A stretch of DNA of 8,127 bases from Tubiluchus corallicola (lineage: Eukaryota > Animalia > Priapulida). Positions 1-6,638 of this stretch are shown in pieces. Below the pieces are notes generated by a model that saw nothing but the letters and a program-made list of their open reading frames with translations, ran no database searches and was not told the DNA's origin. Where the stretch lies: assembly GCA_030141605.1 (NCBI GenBank), contig JAQGDQ010002530.1, forward strand, positions 1 through 8,127. Direction: 5' to 3'. The translations under genes were made by a program, and so were the position numbers. Position 1 is the first letter of the stretch; each line of letters begins with the position of its first letter.

Positions 1-1
1 G

Positions 2-3000
2 CTCGAAGACTACGATATGAGTGTAATCATCCGATTTGGAACAGACTTTTACAACAACTACTACGAATACGAAATACCACTAAAACTAACACCCCCAAGA
101 AACACACCTTACGACAACAACAGCGAAGGCGATAGACTCATAGTTTGGCCTGACGATAATAGATTAGATGTCAATTTAGACCTATTCTACCAAACAAAAC
201 TCAATAGAAACAACGCAATGAAAGAACCTAACAGCAATATTACTCTATCATCCGTTTATCAAGAAAAAGAAGACAAAAATTTCATAAAAGTAAAAGGAAA
301 CCCTACACTTACCGACACAAGAATAATGATGATAGGAATAAAAAACAGAGACAAGAGAAATTTTGCCAATGACATGGGAGATGACAAATCGATAGAAGTA
401 TGGGTAAACGAACTGCGACTATCAGAATACGATAACGAAGGAGGCTGGGCAACCACAGGAACGCTTACTACTAACTTTAACAGTTTTGGAAACATAAACC
501 TATCTGGACTTTATTCCACACCCGGATTTGGACAAATACAACAAGATGTAAATGAACGAGAAAGACAAACAACATCACAATACAATTTCACTACCAATTT
601 ACAGCTTGGAGAATTATTCCCCAAAGCATTAGGGCTTACCATACCAATGTATTTCAACTCCTCAGAACAAACCTTAGAACAAGAATACAGTGCCTTAATG
701 CCTGATGTGCCTACAAAAGAAGCCATTGCTAATGCCACAACACAAGCCGAAAAAGATTCTATCGAACTTTTAGCTCAAGATTATACCCGAAGGACAAACT
801 TAAGTTTTACCAATGTAAGAATTGGAGATACAGGGAACAACACCAAAGTATATAGTCCCTCCAATTTTTATTTTGGATACGCCTTCAGCGAAACCTACCA
901 ACGAAATACAACCATAGAACAGAAAACAGAAAAATCCTATAAAGGAGTATTTGGATACCAGTTCAGTCATAGCCCCAAGAATTACTCCCCTTTTATAAAA
1001 AATAAAAAGCAACCTAAACTTGTTCAAGATTTTAATTTCTACCTATTGCCCTCTCAATTTTCATTCAGGTCAGAAATAACAAGAAACTACAACGAGCAAA
1101 AATATCGCAATCTATCCAATCCCAGCTTCATCGTGGAACCCGTAGTAACTAAAGATTTCCTATGGAATAGATATTACAACCTACAATACGACTTTGCTAA
1201 ATCTTTTAAATTTAACTATACCGCCACCAACAATGCACGCATAGACGAGCCAGATGGAATTGTAAACAAAAGTACAGATAGAGCCCAATATGAAATATGG
1301 AAAGATTCTGTATGGACAAATATTAAGAGCTTTGGGAGAAATACTGACTTTAATCAAGCATTTAGTTTCAATTATAGCGTTCCTATTAATAAAATACCTT
1401 TGCTCGATTGGACTACTCTCAATGCAAAATATATCGGAACATACCGATGGACTGCATCGCCCATCTTAAATGACATAGAAATTGGAAATACGATAACCAA
1501 TAGTGGAACATTACAACTTAATGGACAATTTAATTTCAGTAAAATATATAACCAATCGGATTATCTCAAAAATGTAGAAAGAAACCTATACAGAAAAAAA
1601 ACGCAAAATAAAAGAACTAAAAGACGAAGATACACCCTAAACAACATACAACTAATAGCCAGTGAATCTAAATCAATTTATCACAAACTTGGAACAGAAC
1701 AAGTTGATGTCAGAGTAATAGATACAAAAACTCGAAAAACAATAAAAGGAGAAACAGAAATTGTCAATAAAAACAGAATAAAATTCACCCCAACAGAAGA
1801 TGTGGAAACTGCTAACATATATATCACTGGAACAATACCAGAAAAAAACTACCAAACCCCACAAGCCTACGCTGCTAACATACTCACATCCCTCAAAACA
1901 TTATCTTTCTCATACCAGCAACAAAGAGGAACTATTCTTCCCGGTTACCTCCCCGAATCCAATATTATGGGACTAGAAAACTACAACGATAATTTAGCCC
2001 CAGGAGTACCTTTCATATTTGGAATACAAGACCCAGATTTTGCTAAAAAAGCTGCTGAAAAGAACTGGATTACAACCGATAGCCTGCAAACTTTACCCTA
2101 TACAATGAATACCACAGAGAATTTTTCCGCCAAAGCAACAGTAACTATTCTTAAAGATTTAAAAATACATCTTAACATCAATAGAACCTATTCGGACAAT
2201 CTTAGTGAAAACTACTATGGAGGAAGTCCAATACCTCAAAACAGAAGAGAGACAGGTAATTTTTCAATGTCATATATCGGATTACAAGGATTTTCAAGAA
2301 TACTTGCCAACTCCACTGATTATAGCACAACATCCTATGACCAATTTCAACAAAATCAAACCATAATATCAGAAAGACTTGCCAATCAAAGACATAGTAA
2401 TGACCCCAGTTATAACCCTATAAAAAATCCCAATGGATACTACAACGGATATGGACCCAACTCGCAAGCAGTGCTTACAGGAGCTTTTATATCTGCTTAC
2501 GGAATTGCCTCCCCAGATAAAGTATGGCTGAACCCTATACCTTCATATGCAAAAATGCTCCCCAGCTGGAGTATTAGCTATGCAGGCTTACAGAGAATAA
2601 ACCCAATAAAAAGAATAATCAAAACCATTACACTCAACCACGCATACAAGTCAACCTATTCCATAAGCAACTTTACCACTAACCTTAACTATACAGGCAC
2701 AAACGACAACTTTAACCAAAACGAAGACTTTTTTGACCAATATGACTATACATCCATCTCTATTACAGAGCAATTAAATCCACTCATTGGAGTAAATGTA
2801 ATATTTCAAAACGGACTAACTTCCAACTTCCAAATCAAACAAACAAAAAATGCCTCTCTCAGTTTCGCCAATCAACAAATAACGGAGATAGAGAGCAGCG
2901 AATACATTGTTGGAGTTGGATATAAGATAAAAGAATTTAACCTTATACTTAGCTCTGGTAGTGGAAATCAACAAGAACTTGTTAACGATCTTAGCCTTCG

Positions 3001-3241
3001 AGCCGACTTATCTTTCAGAAACAATCGTTCGCTCATAAGAAGATTTTCAGAAGACATAAACCAACTAAGTGCAGGGCAGAAGATAATAAGCCTTAGAACC
3101 TCCGCAGATTACATATTTAATCGAAGTATAACTATTAGGCTATTCTATGATAGAACTATCAATAACCCATTAGTATCTTCCTCCTTCCCCACCACTGACT
3201 CTAATTTAGGCATTAGCGTACGGTTTACCCTCATCAATTAA
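2..3241 (+). CDS. sprA: SprA/Sov, type IX secretion system outer-membrane translocon (5'-truncated by the window; C-terminal half)
   Basis: The frame is open from base 2 (LEDYDMSVIIRFG...), so ATG 17 is internal. SprA-type motifs: RFGTDFYNNYYEYEIPLK, VKGNPTL..., EVWVNELRL, GTILPGYLP, SITEQLNPLIG, RLFYDRTINNPLVSSSFPT...GISVRFTL. Amphipathic beta-strand pattern throughout; TAA stop at 3239-3241. Confidence 0.95.
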   Translation, partial: LEDYDMSVIIRFGTDFYNNYYEYEIPLKLTPPRNTPYDNNSEGDRLIVWPDDNRLDVNLDLFYQTKLNRNNAMKEPNSNITLSSVYQEKEDKNFIKVKGNPTLTDTRIMMIGIKNRDKRNFANDMGDDKSIEVWVNELRLSEYDNEGGWATTGTLTTNFNSFGNINLSGLYSTPGFGQIQQDVNERERQTTSQYNFTTNLQLGELFPKALGLTIPMYFNSSEQTLEQEYSALMPDVPTKEAIANATTQAEKDSIELLAQDYTRRTNLSFTNVRIGDTGNNTKVYSPSNFYFGYAFSETYQRNTTIEQKTEKSYKGVFGYQFSHSPKNYSPFIKNKKQPKLVQDFNFYLLPSQFSFRSEITRNYNEQKYRNLSNPSFIVEPVVTKDFLWNRYYNLQYDFAKSFKFNYTATNNARIDEPDGIVNKSTDRAQYEIWKDSVWTNIKSFGRNTDFNQAFSFNYSVPINKIPLLDWTTLNAKYIGTYRWTASPILNDIEIGNTITNSGTLQLNGQFNFSKIYNQSDYLKNVERNLYRKKTQNKRTKRRRYTLNNIQLIASESKSIYHKLGTEQVDVRVIDTKTRKTIKGETEIVNKNRIKFTPTEDVETANIYITGTIPEKNYQTPQAYAANILTSLKTLSFSYQQQRGTILPGYLPESNIMGLENYNDNLAPGVPFIFGIQDPDFAKKAAEKNWITTDSLQTLPYTMNTTENFSAKATVTILKDLKIHLNINRTYSDNLSENYYGGSPIPQNRRETGNFSMSYIGLQGFSRILANSTDYSTTSYDQFQQNQTIISERLANQRHSNDPSYNPIKNPNGYYNGYGPNSQAVLTGAFISAYGIASPDKVWLNPIPSYAKMLPSWSISYAGLQRINPIKRIIKTITLNHAYKSTYSISNFTTNLNYTGTNDNFNQNEDFFDQYDYTSISITEQLNPLIGVNVIFQNGLTSNFQIKQTKNASLSFANQQITEIESSEYIVGVGYKIKEFNLILSSGSGNQQELVNDLSLRADLSFRNNRSLIRRFSEDINQLSAGQKIISLRTSADYIFNRSITIRLFYDRTINNPLVSSSFPTTDSNLGISVRFTLIN

Positions 3242-3252
3242 ATAAAAAAGTA

Positions 3253-3280
3253 GAGAATTATATACTTACTGCCACAAAAA
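3253..3280 (-). repeat. Candidate right terminal inverted repeat of an IS1595-family (ISNwi1-like) element
   Basis: GAGAATTATATACTTACTGCCACAAAAA is one mismatch from the ISNwi1-group end consensus ggnnatTAT (recalled from IS classification). It lies downstream of, and correctly oriented to, the - strand IS1595 transposase stub. No convincing matching left end was found. Confidence 0.45.
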
Positions 3281-3540
3281 ACAACTGCCCTATTTCATAA
3301 ATAAGCTATTGGCAAAATGCCCGTCTGTTATCTTTCTTATGCCTCCGTCAATACCCCCTTTCTAAATATAGATGAAATTTACCCCTATTTTGTTTTGTAT
3401 TTTTACCCACCACCTGATTTGGCGATTATATATAGTGGTGTATTATAGTTTATCTAACTTTATATATTTCTTAATACACTCTTTTAACTTTACTATCCAA
3501 TTCCTAAAAAGAGAAGTTGTAATAAATAAGTATGGAACTG

Positions 3541-3662
3541 TAACTTATCCTACCAGAGAGGTATCGCCAAACACCTACACAGTGAATAAACACAGTCCAT
3601 ACTATGCTTAATTAATCCACTGTGTAATAAAAAATTGGCGGTTTTTCTGGTAGGGATAATTA
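3541..3662. repeat. Long imperfect inverted repeat (~120-bp hairpin); possible structured RNA or MITE-like palindromic element
   Basis: Nested arms: TTAT 3545-3548 / ATAA 3656-3659; CCTACCAGA 3549-3557 / TCTGGTAGG 3646-3654; CGCCAA 3565-3570 / TTGGCG 3635-3640; TACACAGTG 3576-3584 / CACTGTGTA 3618-3626. Confidence 0.85.
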
Positions 3663-3683
3663 TATATGTTTCTTTAGTTTATT

Positions 3684-4268
3684 TCATAAGTTAATTTTTA
3701 TTCTTTTTGAATACTCTATTTTTATTTCATTATATGACTCTAATAGTTGTGGTAGAGTTTTACACTTAAGTTTCAAAATCTTACAAATTTCGGATATTTT
3801 TTTGAAGCATTTATTATCATTATTACTACGTGTCTCTTCTGTTACAATAGTTATTTCTTCCTCTTCTTTCTTTAATAAACTGTAGAGTATCAATTTACAA
3901 TCAGCATCATTTAAGAATTTCTGTTTCCGACTCTCCCATTCTTCTTTTTCTTCTTCACGAAGTTTTTTTACTTTTGGATTCTTATTATTTGTAAATTGAT
4001 TTTCAAGTTGATTGTAAAACTTTTTGCCAGGTGGGAGAATAGAATTTGTCTTTTCAATATTTCCCTTGTTGTCTTTTAAATACTGTAATTTTTCTAATAC
4101 TATACCTTTAGAAGTATATCTACATTCCTCAAATACTTTATCTATAATAATTATTTCCTTACGTTCTATTTTTTCTTTAATAAAGTCAAAAAGTGTATTA
4201 TCATTATCAAATGCTAAATAATAACGTATTAATGCTAATAAGGAGCAAGTATCAATCAATGTTTTCAT
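3684..4268 (-). CDS. DUF4411-family PIN-like domain protein (putative ribonuclease toxin)
   Basis: 194 aa with PIN-fold acidic motifs: N-terminal LIDTCS, KVFEE, DADCKLI, IVTEE, and the DUF4411-type KKISEICK tail. Its ATG overlaps the upstream stop (TAATG, 4270-4266). Confidence 0.85.
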   Translation of the reverse strand: MKTLIDTCSLLALIRYYLAFDNDNTLFDFIKEKIERKEIIIIDKVFEECRYTSKGIVLEKLQYLKDNKGNIEKTNSILPPGKKFYNQLENQFTNNKNPKVKKLREEEKEEWESRKQKFLNDADCKLILYSLLKKEEEEITIVTEETRSNNDNKCFKKISEICKILKLKCKTLPQLLESYNEIKIEYSKRIKINL

Positions 4269-5428
4269 TAAATATATTTACTCAAGTTTTTAGGTTTAAT
4301 ATTCAAACTTTTACATACTTCATGTTCGTCTATAACTCCTTCAAAAAAAGCTGCCTGTATTGTAGAAACAAGTAAGGGCGAATTGATAGCTTTGGGAGCA
4401 GAACCAAATTGTTTTTTCCCATCTTGTTTATCTAACAATTTTCTTTCTTCTTTTTCCTTTGCTTCTTTTTCTTCTTTTTCTTTATACTGTTTTTCAAAGT
4501 CATCCTTTACTTTCTTGTAGTCTTTGTGTGAAATTTTTCTTTCTAACAAAAGACGGGTAAATAGAGCTATATTGCTTAGGTGAGTTTTTTTACTTATTTT
4601 CTTTATTATATTGTGGTGGTAATCGTTAGATGCATCTGCTCTATCTATTTTTTGTAATTCTTCATCATATTTTCCTACTAAGAAATGATAGGCAAAATCA
4701 TTGCACCATCTTTCTATATCACTTGAATTTTCCTGTTGATAGCCTTTTACTTCTTCTATCTCTTCTTGGTCTAATAAAAAATGACCTAATTCGTGTATTA
4801 AGGTAAATATTTCTCTCCTAAATGCTTTCTGTTGTCTTTTTAATACAATTACATTAGGTTTTAAAAACAATCCATCTATATTAGCTCTTTTGTCCTCTTT
4901 GCAAGTTTCAACAAATTCGAATACTAAAATGTTTTTCTCTGCAAAACTTGAAATGAGAGATTTTAGAAAATTTCTAAGACCAGGTGTAAATTGAGGGTCT
5001 AAATCTTTACGGATTTCTTGTGCAACAATTTTAGGCTTATTATTTACAGTGTAAGCAGGGATAGTCCTATTTATCTTAATATTAGATAATGTGGCGATAG
5101 CAGAAAGAGAATTTTTTTGATCTTCAAACTTACTAACTATCTTTTTCGCACTAATATTTAAGTCTGTATTAAACTTTTCTTTACGAAAAAAAATACTTGC
5201 TTTTTCAGAAATAGCTAGACGCTTAGGATCTAAATAAAAACTTAAACCTTTTTCAAAAACCTTATCAATTCGTTTGAGGTGGTTTAATTTTATTTCGGAT
5301 GAGAATACATCTTTTTCTGATATAGGAATTTTAAGACCACTACTTATGATATCCAAAAATTTATCTTTTTGAATATTATACAGTTTTAGCAAATATTCTA
5401 ATCGGGATGTGTTATATTCTATAATCAA
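4268..5428 (-). CDS. ImmA/IrrE-family (peptidase M78, COG2856-like) zinc metallo-endopeptidase with a degenerate N-terminal XRE-like HTH; putative antitoxin/regulator
   Basis: 386 aa. RREIFTLIHELGH (HEXXH at 4795-4781), downstream ERWCNDFA third-ligand motif, NIDGLF upstream motif, charged helical segment and C-terminal EGVIDEHEVCKSLNI helix pair. TTG start. Confidence 0.9.
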   Translation of the reverse strand: MIIEYNTSRLEYLLKLYNIQKDKFLDIISSGLKIPISEKDVFSSEIKLNHLKRIDKVFEKGLSFYLDPKRLAISEKASIFFRKEKFNTDLNISAKKIVSKFEDQKNSLSAIATLSNIKINRTIPAYTVNNKPKIVAQEIRKDLDPQFTPGLRNFLKSLISSFAEKNILVFEFVETCKEDKRANIDGLFLKPNVIVLKRQQKAFRREIFTLIHELGHFLLDQEEIEEVKGYQQENSSDIERWCNDFAYHFLVGKYDEELQKIDRADASNDYHHNIIKKISKKTHLSNIALFTRLLLERKISHKDYKKVKDDFEKQYKEKEEKEAKEKEERKLLDKQDGKKQFGSAPKAINSPLLVSTIQAAFFEGVIDEHEVCKSLNIKPKNLSKYI

Positions 5429-5469
5429 AAAAAATAATTTTTTAGGTTTCTTATATTTAACTACTTTCT

Positions 5470-5703
5470 TTAAAGGAGACCCAAAAGCCGTCTTTTTGAC
5501 TTTATGTCTTTGTTGGGGACGTTGATGTCTTTATGTTTCTTTCTTAGGTTTTCTGCTTTCTTGTTCATTGTTTGTTGTTTGTTTTTCAATTCTTTGTATT
5601 GTAATCTTCCTTTTAGGTTGCCTGAGCAAATATCAAATTTAGAACCTTCGTTTAATTTTCTGTTATTAAATCTAAAAGTATATTCATTTAGGTATTTATG
5701 CAA
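5470..5703 (-). pseudogene. IS1595-family (ISXO2-like) transposase C-terminal fragment, running in frame into a short basic peptide
   Basis: LHKYLNEYTFRFNNR...GRLQYKEL (5703-5587) matches the IS1595 transposase C-terminus (HL..YL.EF.FRFN.R ... RLTYKEL). An in-frame stop lies ~18 codons upstream, and no zinc ribbon, HTH or catalytic core is present. Confidence 0.85.
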
Positions 5704-5717
5704 AATAGTTTCTCTAA

Positions 5718-5733
5718 CTTTTTTGCAAAAAAG
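5718..5733. promoter_or_regulatory. Perfect 16-bp palindrome, possible operator
   Basis: CTTTTTTGCAAAAAAG lies ~30 bp downstream of the - strand promoter's -7 element. It is low complexity, so function is uncertain. Confidence 0.3.
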
Positions 5734-5763
5734 AATGTTATGTGAAAAGCAAAATTAACATTA

Positions 5764-5794
5764 CAAAGATACATAAAAAAGCGATAGTTCCAAA
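5764..5794 (-). promoter_or_regulatory. Bacteroidota housekeeping-sigma promoter (-33 TTTG / -7 TAnnTTTG) facing the transposase stub and TA pair
   Basis: On the - strand: TTTG (5794-5791), 19-bp spacer, TATCTTTG (5771-5764). Full consensus with canonical spacing. Confidence 0.7.
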
Positions 5795-5907
5795 TCAAAA
5801 CCTGCTAATAAAAAACCCTATACATTAATAAACACCTTAATAGTTTAAGATTGTGTCTTACTACCTAAATTTTGTGATATAGAACTAGTATTTATAAAAT
5901 ACTTTGT

Positions 5908-5915
5908 TATTTTTG
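5908..5915 (+). promoter_or_regulatory. Probable -7 promoter element for the carbonic anhydrase gene
   Basis: TATTTTTG fits TAnnTTTG, 55 bp upstream of ATG 5971. No good -33 TTTG at canonical spacing. Confidence 0.45.
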
Positions 5916-5970
5916 TAGGCGAATAAACAAAAAAAAGAATAATGTATAAATCTGTTAATAGCTTTTATTT

Positions 5971-6540
5971 ATGACTGTTAAAGAAATTTTTGCAAGATTA
6001 GAAGAAGGAAACGAGCGTTTTGTAAACGACAAATTAGAAGGGAAATTACAAGATAGTAATAGAAGAAAAGAAGTGACAAAAGGGCAAAATCCATTTGCTA
6101 TTGTTTTAAGCTGTGCAGATTCTCGCGTAGTACCTGAGTTAATTTTTGATACAGGAGTAGGCGAATTATTTGTAGTGCGTGTAGCAGGCAACGTAGCAAA
6201 TACATCCAGCATTGCAAGCATTGAGTATGCCGTGGCTCATTTGGGTGTAAAAGCCATTGTGGTATTAGGACACGAAAATTGCGGTGCAGTAGCTGCTGCC
6301 GTACAAGGTGGTGATGCTGGAAACAACCTAAATCATTTGCTGGAACATATTATGCCTGCTGTAAAAAAAGCTGAAAGCAAAGAAGTAAATGTGGTGGTAA
6401 AAAAGAACATAGAACTAACTGTAAAAGAATTATCTTCCCGCTCTAAAATATTAAGTGATGCTATAACAGAAGGAAAACTTTCTATTATACCTGCTTTCTA
6501 TGAATTAGAATCAGGAAGAGCCAATATCATAAAAAGTTAG
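5971..6540 (+). CDS. Beta-class carbonic anhydrase
   Basis: 189 aa. L.EGNERFV start, GQNPFAIVLSCADSRV (Cys-x-Asp-x-Arg), GELFVVRVAGN, SIEYAV, VVLGHENCGAV (His-x-x-Cys zinc ligands). Confidence 0.96.
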   Translation: MTVKEIFARLEEGNERFVNDKLEGKLQDSNRRKEVTKGQNPFAIVLSCADSRVVPELIFDTGVGELFVVRVAGNVANTSSIASIEYAVAHLGVKAIVVLGHENCGAVAAAVQGGDAGNNLNHLLEHIMPAVKKAESKEVNVVVKKNIELTVKELSSRSKILSDAITEGKLSIIPAFYELESGRANIIKS

Positions 6541-6605
6541 GAAATAGAAACTCCATCCAATAATTTCAACCTCACTATAAGAAAAAATAAACATTTTTGC
6601 GGATC

Positions 6606-6622
6606 TAGGTACAATATACCTA
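6606..6622. terminator. Weak hairpin between convergent genes, possible terminator
   Basis: TAGGTA-caata-TACCTA in the 98-bp gap between convergent stops. Short stem with poor U-tracts. Confidence 0.2.
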
Positions 6623-6638
6623 AACCATCAAAACTTGC

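Larger units (their letters stand above)
3253..5703 (-). mobile_element. Degenerate IS1595-family element carrying passenger genes (left end and most of the transposase lost)
   Basis: Transposase C-terminal stub, then co-oriented passenger genes, then end-like motifs. This is the layout of IS1595-family passenger-carrying elements. Boundaries are uncertain and no target-site duplication was identified. Confidence 0.55.

Noticed and set aside
259-1864. Four short - strand ORFs (259-495, 511-738, 800-1027, 1673-1864)
   Set aside because: They are antisense shadows of sprA with no recognisable motifs.
3248-3267. AAGTA...TACTT hairpin as the sprA terminator
   Set aside because: The stem is a 5-bp AT-rich one with no U-tract.
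3372-3611. 79-aa hydrophobic + strand ORF (possible type I toxin-like peptide)
   Set aside because: The F/I/Y richness is what AT-rich non-coding DNA produces. It has no recognisable family and overlaps the hairpin and end motifs. It cannot be fully excluded without ribosome profiling.
3402-3659. DnaA-box-like 9-mers (e.g. AGTGAATAA 3581-3589, TAATCCACT 3613-3621) suggesting oriC
   Set aside because: None is a perfect TTATNCACA, they are better explained as hairpin arms, and there are no typical origin-flanking genes.
3541-3662. Hairpin as retron msr-msd or CRISPR-related RNA
   Set aside because: There is no reverse transcriptase, cas gene or repeat-spacer array in the window.
3534-3674. 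Hairpin as an integron attC site
   Set aside because: The ends do not fit RYYYAAC/GTTRRRY with proper L-box spacing, it is single copy, and there is no integron integrase in the window.
4024-4375. + strand ORFs 4024-4221 and 4193-4375
   Set aside because: They are antisense to the PIN and peptidase genes and have no motifs.
5870-5902. TTTTGTGATATAGAACTAGTATTTATAAAATAC as the left IS end
   Set aside because: Similarity to the reverse complement of 3253-3280 is only patchy and needs gaps, and there is no flanking 8-bp direct repeat.
5504-6221. ORFs 5504-5758 (+) and 5955-6221 (-)
   Set aside because: They are shadows of the transposase stub and the carbonic anhydrase.
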